Shown here: piece after piece, positions 20,027 to 29,330 of the stretch
Numbering within the stretch: the stretch's first letter is position 1
How the letters are laid out: the number at the start of each line of letters is the position of its first letter
DNA from: Candidatus Helarchaeota ASGARD archaeon Hel_GB_B
GTDB taxonomy: Archaea > Asgardarchaeota > Lokiarchaeia > Helarchaeales > HEL-GB-B
DNA length: 32,000 nucleotides
Reading direction: 5' to 3'
Assembly: GCA_005191425.1 (NCBI GenBank)
Contig: SUPR01000004.1
Span: 30,001-62,000, forward strand
Translations under genes and position numbers: made by a program
The notes under the pieces: generated by a model
What the model was told of the DNA's origin: nothing
Database searches by the model: none
The model's input: only the letters and a program-made list of their open reading frames with translations

Positions 20027-20050
20027 TTATTAGTCGGGTTATTAGTCGGG
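20027..20050 (+). repeat. Perfect 12-bp tandem repeat upstream of ESCRT-IIIB
   Basis: TTATTAGTCGGG twice (20027-20038, 20039-20050). Confidence 0.9.
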
Positions 20051-20168
20051 TATAAAAGGAAAAATTGAATTCTAAGAATTTTAAATTTTAATGTTTTTGT
20101 TATTTTGATTTATTCCTTAGGATATTATTAATTTTTGACCTTATAATCTTTTATATAATATATTTTTT

Positions 20169-22940
20169 TTAAATTTCAATCATTGAGGCATTGATAATTT
20201 CATTCATTAATTCTTTTAATTCGTCTAGTTTATTATTATCTGTTGATACGCCTATAAGTGTTGCTATATTATTTGTTTTTGATTTTGTTGCTGTGAGGGC
20301 AATTTTACAGTCTTCTTTTTCAAACAATATAACCGGTATCTCTACTTGAATATTTATATTATTACAAATCCAATTTTTGTTTTTCAGAAATTTATAAGCT
20401 TTTTTAAGGAATTCATTTGGGTTTTCTTTAATTTCTTTTGAAATATCTGTGGAAAATGTTTGTTCTTTGAAATTAAATAAGTATTGATAAAATTTGTAAG
20501 TAATGAACCTCTTATTATATGCCATTAATGCTGGAATAGGTAGATTAATTTCAATGTTTTGAATTTGGTCAATTTTATTTTCTTCATTAATTTCAAGTTC
20601 TGTTCCTAATATTGTTTTTTCAATTTCGGAATCTGAAATTGAGCTATCTTCCATTTCAGCATTAAAATCTATAAATTTAGATGTTTCTCCACCAACAACT
20701 TTAGGTAATTCTTCGTTATCTTTTTGATTATTTTCTGTTGTATTTAGACTTTTTTCTTTTTCCAGAGTTTCAACTGGTATTACTGGCTGATCCATTGCAT
20801 CTATGATATCTGGGAGTGATTCACGTCCTGCATGCTGACTGCACCTTGGTCTTACATGTAAAACAAAACATCTTGAAGTACTTATTGATTCATCAGCAAT
20901 TAAACCACTACCCACAGCCATACTCCTAAAAAAGCTAGATTTTTCTACATCTTTAGGTATATCTCCTGGGATCCGCGTAACTAGTGCATTGATGTCGGTC
21001 TTATAAGTTAATAAGTGTGATAGAAGAATATCTAATTGTGATAAAATTTGTGAGTTAGTAGCAGCTGGCTGTTGGGTAACTAAAACAAGACCGCATCCTG
21101 GTTTTCTCCCCAATTTTGCATATTGAATTAATGGTTCTGATGCAGCTGTTTTTCCACTTGAAGGTATTAAAAGATGAGCTTCATCAATTAATAACCATGT
21201 TACTGGAATTTCATTTATTCCAGTCTCAACTTTTACAGATCTATCAACTTTTGCTGCATCTAATCTCCTTGAAATCCTTAATCTCTCTTTTAAAATTTTT
21301 CGTGCTAAAATTCCTATTATTAAAGATCTTAGCCCCTCTTCTAAAAAACTAACATCAATTACAGAAATTTGGTTAGGTACTGAAAGATCACTTAATTTAG
21401 TACCTGTATTTGAAAATATACCCCAATCTCTTGCTATTTCAAGTCGCGAAATAACAGCTCTTCTAGTCCTCACATCAAAACCTTGTGATTTTGAAGTTAA
21501 CATTCGAGATTCATTTATACAATCTATTAGATCAGCTAAAGTAAAATAATCTCCCATTCTAGGGACTGGAATTCCAAATTCGTCAATATATCCTTCTCTT
21601 ACTTGGTTTATTGCTTTTTCAATTAGAATTCCTCTCGGACTAAATCTATCAATTCCAAATGTATAACACCAATCATCTGCAGTTAATTCACTTGGTAAAA
21701 GAGAAAAAGCCTCATCACGGGTAGCTTCAGAACATGAATTGTAAAAACCTAATGGAACAAAAATTTTCACTTTTTCTGCAAATGACTTTGGTTCTAAACC
21801 CCATTTTTTTAATACATCTACCTCTTTACTTGTCCAATTTCCAAATTTCATACTCCAAAAAATTCCCATTGGATCGACAATTATAGTCCCAATTCCTATA
21901 TTTGTCTTGGCCAATTCCTCGGCTATAACTCCCATTGTATATGATTTCCCAGAACCTCGGTGACCACAAATGAAAATAACATGTGGTTTTACACAATCTA
22001 AATATATATCTCTCCCAAAATGACCTAAACTCTGTTCTGGTTTTTCACAAACTTTACCAATATATAATAGACCTCGATTTCCAATTTTTTTATGAAAACT
22101 TCTAGACCTCCCCAAAATTCCCACGTTTTTTTCTTCATCAATTAAAATTTCAAGTTCCTCGCTTATTATAGGTGTATAATCACCAAATAAATCATGTTTC
22201 CAGTTTTCAATTTCACCAATTGCATAGGCTGTGGCTATATACAAATCTTTAGCTGTCTTTAATTCTGAAATCATGTTGTCTAATATATATCTTCTCAAAT
22301 CAAGAGAAGTAGGATAATACTCTTTTTCATACCCTGATATTTCCCAAATAAAATAATCTAATGAATCATCCTTGGACAAATCATCAAACGGTTCAACAAG
22401 CGTATATGCAGGCGCTAAGTAATCTGGATTTCGAGTCAAAAGATACAATAGAATATAAAACTTAAAATCATTGATTGATTCTAACTTTTCTTCAATGATC
22501 TCTAAAATCTTATTTTTGTATCTTTCATCTATTGTCCTTTTATATACAAAATACAAAATTTGAAAATTAATAAATTTTAATTCGTCAAGGTTTATATTAA
22601 TAACATCTTCTTGGAATTCTTTAACATAATTACTAACTTCTTTTAAATTCTTTAATTCTACAAGTCTATAATATAACAAAATCAAATTAATACTATTTTC
22701 ATCTAAATTTTTTCTATCTATAGTTTGTAAGTCATTTCTAGGCCCCTTTGAAAAAATGTTTTTCTCAATTCTTGAAAAAATATCTTCACCATATTTTTCA
22801 TCGATAGCTAATTTATATAAATTAATATATGCCAGTGAAAGTAGTATCCTTTCATTAATATCGTCTGGATCAGGCTCATAATTCCATAATTGATTGGTAA
22901 TTTTTTGAATTATTGTATAATTTAACACTTTATCACACAT
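20169..22940 (-). CDS. HerA/FtsK-superfamily (DUF87-type) ATPase with extra N- and C-terminal domains
   Basis: Walker A GHRGSGKS (21942-21965), IIVDPMGIF, Walker B WLLIDEAH, GRKPGCGLVLVTQQP, VRPRCSQHAG; ~270-aa N-terminal and ~220-aa C-terminal additions. Confidence 0.88.
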   Translation of the reverse strand: MCDKVLNYTIIQKITNQLWNYEPDPDDINERILLSLAYINLYKLAIDEKYGEDIFSRIEKNIFSKGPRNDLQTIDRKNLDENSINLILLYYRLVELKNLKEVSNYVKEFQEDVININLDELKFINFQILYFVYKRTIDERYKNKILEIIEEKLESINDFKFYILLYLLTRNPDYLAPAYTLVEPFDDLSKDDSLDYFIWEISGYEKEYYPTSLDLRRYILDNMISELKTAKDLYIATAYAIGEIENWKHDLFGDYTPIISEELEILIDEEKNVGILGRSRSFHKKIGNRGLLYIGKVCEKPEQSLGHFGRDIYLDCVKPHVIFICGHRGSGKSYTMGVIAEELAKTNIGIGTIIVDPMGIFWSMKFGNWTSKEVDVLKKWGLEPKSFAEKVKIFVPLGFYNSCSEATRDEAFSLLPSELTADDWCYTFGIDRFSPRGILIEKAINQVREGYIDEFGIPVPRMGDYFTLADLIDCINESRMLTSKSQGFDVRTRRAVISRLEIARDWGIFSNTGTKLSDLSVPNQISVIDVSFLEEGLRSLIIGILARKILKERLRISRRLDAAKVDRSVKVETGINEIPVTWLLIDEAHLLIPSSGKTAASEPLIQYAKLGRKPGCGLVLVTQQPAATNSQILSQLDILLSHLLTYKTDINALVTRIPGDIPKDVEKSSFFRSMAVGSGLIADESISTSRCFVLHVRPRCSQHAGRESLPDIIDAMDQPVIPVETLEKEKSLNTTENNQKDNEELPKVVGGETSKFIDFNAEMEDSSISDSEIEKTILGTELEINEENKIDQIQNIEINLPIPALMAYNKRFITYKFYQYLFNFKEQTFSTDISKEIKENPNEFLKKAYKFLKNKNWICNNINIQVEIPVILFEKEDCKIALTATKSKTNNIATLIGVSTDNNKLDELKELMNEIINASMIEI

Positions 22941-23283
22941 TCTTATTTTTTTAACATTAATTTCTTATTATAATATTAATTATCATAATCATATTATAAA
23001 ATTTAATTTTTAATAAATTCTCTTTAAAAAAAATTTAGATTTCCCAAAATAAAAAATTTCGTATTTTTTTAAATAATTATTATGGTAAACTTGATTAATT
23101 GACTGATTCTCTGGTTAATTTAATAACAATTGAAAATATTTTTGAAAAATTGTGTTCACTGTTTTTAATTAAAGTTGTTTATTGTATTAAAAATTTCATT
23201 ATTATTTAAATTCTTTTTATTTATATCGATTAATTCTAAATTGAGTAAAAAAAGGTCATAAACAAGGTACATAAATTTTAAAA

Positions 23284-23886
23284 CTATTTTTCCTCTTTTA
23301 GTCTTTTAATTTCCTTTTCAAGTTCAGCTATTCTTGATGGTGTTGATGGTAATGCCATACCTGTTTCTACTGAAATTTCTTGGTCAATTTCTGCCAAAAC
23401 TTTATTGGTTTCTTGGGGTGAAACTTCTGTCTTTACGGTAATATTTTGAATTCCATCTTGTGCCATGTCTTGGGCTATATCGAACCCTTCAATTTGAGAA
23501 TCAATTTGGTCTATAATCTGTGTAACATTCTGGATATTAACTGATGAACGTAGTCCATTTAATGCTCTATGGATTCCGCTCAAGATTTTAGCCGTTTCAG
23601 CAGTTGCTTGGGTCTGTTTTAATTTCATTAATAAACCCATGATATGTAGACGATAAGTATCAACTCCTAATGCCCATTTTTGAAACCTTACCGTATTTTC
23701 TGCATATAATTTAGCAGCTGCATCGTTTCCTTGTTCTCTATATTTTCTTGCCCTTGCTCTATTCTGAAGACTTTCCTTTTCCAATGTTTTCCTTTGATAA
23801 TCTAATTTCCTACAAAATACATCAATCTTAAATATCAAATTCTTAAGATTATTTCCTTTTAACCAGTTAATGAATTTTGACGCCAT
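23284..23886 (-). CDS. ESCRT-III, Vps2/24/46 (Did2/CHMP1-like) class (ESCRT-IIIA)
   Basis: QGNDAAAKLYAENTVR resembles recalled CHMP1 KGNMEVARIHAENAIR; C-terminal MIM1-like helix IAELEKEIKRLK. Confidence 0.9.
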   Translation of the reverse strand: MASKFINWLKGNNLKNLIFKIDVFCRKLDYQRKTLEKESLQNRARARKYREQGNDAAAKLYAENTVRFQKWALGVDTYRLHIMGLLMKLKQTQATAETAKILSGIHRALNGLRSSVNIQNVTQIIDQIDSQIEGFDIAQDMAQDGIQNITVKTEVSPQETNKVLAEIDQEISVETGMALPSTPSRIAELEKEIKRLKEEK

Positions 23887-24559
23887 TTTTTAAACCAGAA
23901 TTAATATTTTCACTAACTATTATTAATAATTAATCATTAATAAAAAAACCTTTGGTATTATCTACATTATTATTTATATTTTTTATTTAGACCAATAATC
24001 GATAAAAAATATTATTACCTATAAATTTTCTCGAAATTTATTGTGAATTTAGTTCTAATCAATATTTAGTTTTAATCAATATTTCAATAAGAAAAATTTA
24101 AAACATTTTTTCCATCCTTTTTTAGAAAACATAATAATTAAATAACTATTATAAATATTTAATCTGTTTAAATTAGCAATTTATAGTAATCTTATTGTTT
24201 AAATACAATTTTAACCATAAAAATAATAATTTTAAAAGAAATATTATTCATAATTTTTCGATAAAAAATAAAATTTGATTAATAATTAATTTAATAGTTG
24301 TCTTATTAAAGGTAGATTTGAGCAATTTATAAAGGCTTTTATATTTTTTAATTAAATTTGTATTACGGACAAATTATTTATTGATAACGCTTATTTGCAG
24401 TATTTATGAATTAGAAAAATACTTTTAATTTATAGAGTTAGTAATTTAGTTAATGATAAAACTTGATAAGGTTTATTATTTTAAATTAATTCTATTAAAT
24501 AGTAGGAATCAAAATAAATCAAACTTAATTGATAAATTCAAAATAATTGGTGCCTTTAA

Positions 24560-25744
24560 ATGAGTAAGATATTATTTCAGAAAGCAATGGAAATAGCAAA
24601 AAATGCGATTGCTTTAGACGAAGAAGGTAATTATGATACAGCGATTAAAAGGTATTTAGAATCTGCAGATATATTAATGCGATATATTCAATTATCAACG
24701 AATCCCGAAATGAAACGTATTTGTTATGAACGAGCTCAGGAATATATTAGACGTGCAAGTGAGTTAAGAGAGGCGACTCCTTCTCGGCGTCGAAAGGTAT
24801 CAAGACCAAGAGGTAAAAGAAAAGATGGAAAGGCCCCTAAAAGTTCTGAGCCCTTAACTGAAGAAGAAGAAAAATTAAGAGATGCTATTTCTGAAACAAT
24901 TGTTGTTGAAAAGCCAAATATAAAATTATCAGAAGTAGCTAACTTAGAAACTGCAAAACAGGCATTAAGAGAATCTATTATATTACCCATTTTAAGGCCA
25001 GATCTTTTTAAAGGTGGAAGACAACCTTGGAAGGGGATATTATTATATGGCCCGCCCGGATGTGGTAAGACTTATTTGTCCAAAGCAATTGCCACTGAAT
25101 GCGATGCGACTTTTTTGAATGCTGATGCCGCATCTTTAGTATCAAAGTGGCTTGGTGAATCTGAGCGTCTGATAAAAGAATTATTCTCATTGGCAAGAGA
25201 GGAAGCGCCATCTATTGTTTTTATTGATGAGGTTGATAGTATTGCCACTGCACGAGGCGCTAAAGAAATGGGCGGTGAGAGACGAATAAAAACGCAGTTA
25301 TTAATTGAAATGGACGGGATGAAAGCAAAAAAAGATGAACGGATAATAATTCTAGGTGCAACAAATAGACCATGGGATCTTGATGCAGCATTTAGAAGAA
25401 GATTTGAAAAGAAAATATATATTGGTCTTCCAGACGTTAAAGCTAGGGAACTAATGTTTAAGTTAAATACTAGAGAAGTTGAAATTGCACCAGACATAGA
25501 TTTTAGTGAATTTGCAAAATTAACTGAAGGTTATACCGGGTCTGATATTTCACTCTTATGTCGTGAAGCTGTAATGATGCCTATCAGGGAAATCGATTTA
25601 ACCCAAGATATTACTCGTATTGACAAAGTCCGACCAGTATCAAGAGATGATTTTATTGCAGCAATGGAAAAAATCAAACCAGTTGTTTCTCCCGAAGAAT
25701 TAAAACAATACGATGAATGGACACAAAATTATGGAATGGAATGA
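24560..25744 (+). CDS. vps4: Vps4 AAA+ ATPase (MIT domain + AAA domain)
   Basis: N-terminal MIT (AMEIAKNAIALDEEGNYDTAIKRY), GPPGCGKT, FIDEVD, ATNRPWDLDAAFRRRF. Confidence 0.95.
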   Translation: MSKILFQKAMEIAKNAIALDEEGNYDTAIKRYLESADILMRYIQLSTNPEMKRICYERAQEYIRRASELREATPSRRRKVSRPRGKRKDGKAPKSSEPLTEEEEKLRDAISETIVVEKPNIKLSEVANLETAKQALRESIILPILRPDLFKGGRQPWKGILLYGPPGCGKTYLSKAIATECDATFLNADAASLVSKWLGESERLIKELFSLAREEAPSIVFIDEVDSIATARGAKEMGGERRIKTQLLIEMDGMKAKKDERIIILGATNRPWDLDAAFRRRFEKKIYIGLPDVKARELMFKLNTREVEIAPDIDFSEFAKLTEGYTGSDISLLCREAVMMPIREIDLTQDITRIDKVRPVSRDDFIAAMEKIKPVVSPEELKQYDEWTQNYGME

Positions 25745-26573
25745 ACTTAATATGGAAGAAGGTATAAAAAAGAAAAAAGAACAAGAAGAGGAAAAAGGTG
25801 AAGAAAAATCAGTTGAAGACCTAGAAAATGAATTAAAAAAACTACAACAAAAAATAAATGCAAGCACTGGAATTGCTAAGCGAAAATTAGCTAAAAAAAT
25901 AGAAAATAATTCAAAAATATCTGAACATAAGAGTGTTAACCTCAGTACAAATATGATATCTTTGTCTGAAACGGAAATAAAGAAAGAAGATGAACGAGGA
26001 ACTCAAATTAAAAAATTATGGGAAATTTATAAATGGGCTGATAACCATGAAAAATTTCCTTGGATGTATTTTATACCTGACAAAAAGTCTAGCGGAGATA
26101 ATTGGAAAGAAAACTTCGAAGCATGGAAAAATGATTGGGTAAAATTCACTATTGATTGGGCACGTGTCTATATATTTCATATTCTTGATATGTATGAAAT
26201 AGTTAAAGAAAAACCATATATTTTTCTTAATGAACGAGAAAAAGCAATCAATATTATTTTTAAAAATCTTGTTGATATGAAACGAGGAAAAAATAAATTA
26301 GCCCAATGGATTGGTAAAGATAAAAACAAGATCCGAATATATTGGAGAAGTCTAGATGAATGGGCTAATTTGTTATATGAATGGGCAATTAATGGTGGAG
26401 GAGATATTTTTACATTAATCGATTTAAAAAAAGCAGGTGAAGAGATTCCTGGATTCGATACATTACCAGATGAGGATATAAGAGAAATAATCAATATTCT
26501 AGTTAGGCAAAAAAAAGCCAGATGGATTGACAAACAATTAATTAGAGTAAAAATATTGGTTAAAGGACTTTAA
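25713..26573 (+). CDS. vps25: ESCRT-II subunit Vps25 with N-terminal extension
   Basis: FPWMYFIP (compare recalled human WPWQYRFPP), tandem winged helices, IYWRSLDEWANLLYEWA. Start could be 25713, 25731 or 25752; the first two overlap the vps4 3' end. Confidence 0.88.
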   Translation: MNGHKIMEWNELNMEEGIKKKKEQEEEKGEEKSVEDLENELKKLQQKINASTGIAKRKLAKKIENNSKISEHKSVNLSTNMISLSETEIKKEDERGTQIKKLWEIYKWADNHEKFPWMYFIPDKKSSGDNWKENFEAWKNDWVKFTIDWARVYIFHILDMYEIVKEKPYIFLNEREKAINIIFKNLVDMKRGKNKLAQWIGKDKNKIRIYWRSLDEWANLLYEWAINGGGDIFTLIDLKKAGEEIPGFDTLPDEDIREIINILVRQKKARWIDKQLIRVKILVKGL

Positions 26574-26586
26574 TTATTTGTATGAA

Positions 26587-27309
26587 TTAGCCACCAAGAC
26601 CTGGAAAATAATATCTTTTACCAGTAGCATAAGATAAATCAACCTTGGCTATATTATTATCTATTAAAGTTTGCAAAACTCTTTCAATGCGATCTTGGGT
26701 CCAATTTGTATTCATTAAGATCTCTTCTAATGTTATATAACCTTTTTTTGATGCCAAATTTAATATTATACTTTGATCTGGCGTTAATTCTACTGGAATA
26801 AATTCTACAATTTTTATTCCAGAATCTAATTTTTTAATTCCTGGAATGATGTCTGCATTTTCGAGTATATTTATTGCTTTAATTACATCCAAGGCAGATA
26901 CCACATCATTTGGTCTCCCTTCATTGATCATCAACACTACTTCTGCAAGAGTCATTATTCCACCGGTCTCAAGTATTTTCTTTTTAGCCATATTTAAAAT
27001 TTGGACACTTAATTGATTATAAAATTGTCCTTTCCCCGTGATTTTTTCTATCATATTTGGTTTGACTTTAAATTTTTCACTAGGTATTTCTGACATACCT
27101 ATTTCTAGCCTAATTTTCTTTAATTTTTCTTGATATTCTGGGTTTTCTACAATTAAATCTCCATATTTATTTTCAAATTCTTCTATTTGTTTTCTTAATT
27201 CTTTAACTGAATTCAACATTAATTCCAATTCTTTAACCATATATTCAGGTGATTTTTTTTTGATTTTGGCCCTTAATTCAATATCTTTTTCAATCTCCCG
27301 TAAACCCAA
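26587..27309 (-). CDS. vps22: ESCRT-II subunit Vps22/36 (EAP30 family, Vps22/SNF8-like)
   Basis: FYNQLSVQI, GGIMTLAEV, PVELTPDQSIILNLA..KGYITLEEI, YYFPGL; TTG start with AGGTGA at 27317-27322. Confidence 0.92.
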   Translation of the reverse strand: MGLREIEKDIELRAKIKKKSPEYMVKELELMLNSVKELRKQIEEFENKYGDLIVENPEYQEKLKKIRLEIGMSEIPSEKFKVKPNMIEKITGKGQFYNQLSVQILNMAKKKILETGGIMTLAEVVLMINEGRPNDVVSALDVIKAINILENADIIPGIKKLDSGIKIVEFIPVELTPDQSIILNLASKKGYITLEEILMNTNWTQDRIERVLQTLIDNNIAKVDLSYATGKRYYFPGLGG

Positions 27310-27369
27310 TATAGAATCACCTAATTTTATTTAATACTACTTTTATCATATTGTAATTTTAATATAGAA

Positions 27370-28329
27370 TTAGAGGTCTTGAAGGCGCCTCTTAAAGTCT
27401 TGGGCCCATCTAACCACATCAAATTCCAATTCACTATTTTCATCAGAATCCAGTATTTCATTCGGATTTTTTACTGATAATTTTTCTCTCCATTGATTGG
27501 CTGCTTTATATACCCAGTAATCCTTTCCAAAACCTGGAAATTTTTCTATAATTAATAAAATATCATCTAATATAGGCATGATTGAACTAACTTTTGCCAT
27601 ATCTAATTTTGTATAATCTGAAATTGTAATAAAATGTGCCACAAGATCCGAACTCATTGTAGCTATCTTAGCTTTAGAAACACTTGCAATTTCAAGCGGT
27701 GAAATTTCAACAATTGATTTCTCGGAAAACCTTAATTTTTGAGTCGCAAAAGGAAATCGTTCCGCAATTTTTTCTCTCTTTAAGAATTCTTCCATATTAT
27801 AATCTATTTCTTTTAATTCTAACTGAGCTTTAAATGCATCTCTCATTAAAGACCGTAATTGCCTTTTATAAGTGGGCGGGTCTAATTTTCCCTCTTCAAA
27901 ATTCTTAATTACACTGTTCAATGTGGCAATACACGAATAAAATTCAGCTTCTATTTTTAGTCGGTCGTCTTCAGTAATCTTTTTTCTAATTTTTATTTTT
28001 GATTTATCCAATTTTGAAGTTTTCTGGGCAGTTTTTCGCGTTTTTTCTATATTTTTTGGCTCTAGATCTATTTTCTTTTGTACTTTATTTATTGAATTAT
28101 TTTGGCCTTTTTTTTCCTCCTTTACAAATTGCTTTTCTTCCAGATTTTTATTATCTACTTCTTTTGTTTTAACTTTATCTTTTATTATTTCTTTTGTAGT
28201 TACTGTTTTTCGTGCCAATTCCGATTGTAATAATGCTAATTCTTCTTCCAACTCTTCTATGGTCTTATCGTCTGCTAATTTATCTTCTTCTATCTTCCTT
28301 TTCTCTAATAAACTCATATCAGCAACCAT
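27370..28329 (-). CDS. vps28: ESCRT-I subunit Vps28 with N-terminal extension
   Basis: Core hairpin EFYSCIATLNSV..Y..QLRSL and C-terminal four-helix bundle VAHFITISD..IMPILDDI..ANQWREKL..LEFDV. Confidence 0.88.
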   Translation of the reverse strand: MVADMSLLEKRKIEEDKLADDKTIEELEEELALLQSELARKTVTTKEIIKDKVKTKEVDNKNLEEKQFVKEEKKGQNNSINKVQKKIDLEPKNIEKTRKTAQKTSKLDKSKIKIRKKITEDDRLKIEAEFYSCIATLNSVIKNFEEGKLDPPTYKRQLRSLMRDAFKAQLELKEIDYNMEEFLKREKIAERFPFATQKLRFSEKSIVEISPLEIASVSKAKIATMSSDLVAHFITISDYTKLDMAKVSSIMPILDDILLIIEKFPGFGKDYWVYKAANQWREKLSVKNPNEILDSDENSELEFDVVRWAQDFKRRLQDL

Positions 28330-28413
28330 TAAATCTATTTATCTCTAAATTAATAATATAATAATCTAAGTTAAAAAATATTTTAAAATTAAAAAAATTT
28401 CTTGAAAAAATTT

Positions 28414-29190
28414 TTAACTCGATTTAAGCTCTTCAAGTTTCTTATTTATCAAATATAGATTTTTTGTATATTTTTTATATAATCTAGAATATTCTCCTGA
28501 ACCTATCTCTGCATTATCAAATTTTTCCTCAAGCGTCTGAAGAAGATCTTCTATTGCTATTTTTTCACTTTCCAAATCGATAATTTGTTTTTTAATTGGA
28601 TCTGAAGGTAATAATATGCTTTCTAAATTACTTGTACCCTCATCTGGGACATTATGGACGTCCAGTTGCCCTCTTAAATGTGCAACAACTTCATCTCTTT
28701 GAGTTAATCCATCTCTCAGTGAATTAATTTCAGATTCAAGTCTCTTCACTTCTCTCTCTAATTTTTCCTCTTTACTTGATGGAATATATGAAACTGGTTC
28801 ATGTTCTGGTTCTTTTTTTGCTTGAAGATTCCTATTTAAAAGGGAGGCTAATTTTGGGGGTACACGTGCATATAACCCTTTTATTGAATTAATTACTTGA
28901 TAAACATGATAATCTGGTCTCCAATATGTTAAAATTCGAAGATGAACTTGACCATTCTCATCAACTTTTGGATGTTCTGTTGGGGTTATCATTTTTACTG
29001 TAGGTGGCTTTTTAGGAAAAGCGTCAGGTATTCTTATTTCCAACTCGAAATTTGTATTTTTATATTCACCTCTACCCGGAATACTACCCCTCCAAATTTT
29101 TAAATTACCACCTACTGGCTCAAATTCTTTCGCGCGTTTATATAATAATTCTGCTTCTTTTGCCAATATAAAGTCAAGCTGTTCTGACAT
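28414..29190 (-). CDS. vps23: ESCRT-I subunit Vps23/37 (UEV domain, coiled coil, steadiness box)
   Basis: E2-fold N-terminus without catalytic Cys (HPKVDENGQVHL); coiled coil; steadiness box LESEKIAIEDLLQTLEEKF..EI...EY.RLY. Confidence 0.9.
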   Translation of the reverse strand: MSEQLDFILAKEAELLYKRAKEFEPVGGNLKIWRGSIPGRGEYKNTNFELEIRIPDAFPKKPPTVKMITPTEHPKVDENGQVHLRILTYWRPDYHVYQVINSIKGLYARVPPKLASLLNRNLQAKKEPEHEPVSYIPSSKEEKLEREVKRLESEINSLRDGLTQRDEVVAHLRGQLDVHNVPDEGTSNLESILLPSDPIKKQIIDLESEKIAIEDLLQTLEEKFDNAEIGSGEYSRLYKKYTKNLYLINKKLEELKSS

Positions 29191-29300
29191 GTAATCACAT
29201 CTTTTTACATTACTATTATACTATATATTTTGAATTTTGACTCTAATATTAGTTAGAAATTTTTAACTTATTATCATTACTATTTTTTTAAATTATTAAA

Positions 29301-29330
29301 TCGGACTTTTCCGACCATTATGACCATTAT
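29301..29330. repeat. Short inverted repeat plus 9-bp tandem repeat upstream of vps23
   Basis: TCGGA-N4-TCCGA (29301-29314) overlapping GACCATTAT twice (29313-29330). Confidence 0.7.

Noticed and set aside
20169-22940. Canonical DNA-repair HerA, or a conjugative VirB4/VirD4 of a mobile element
   Set aside because: No nurA/mre11/rad50, and no integrase, relaxase or VirB membrane genes; flanking genes are core ESCRT genes.
24021-24041. Palindrome ATAAATTT-N5-AAATTTAT in the ESCRT-IIIA/vps4 divergent spacer
   Set aside because: Arms are pure A/T in a very AT-rich spacer; such matches are expected by chance.
26587-27309. Calling this gene Vps36
   Set aside because: No GLUE/NZF region; length and motifs fit the Vps22-like EAP30 core.
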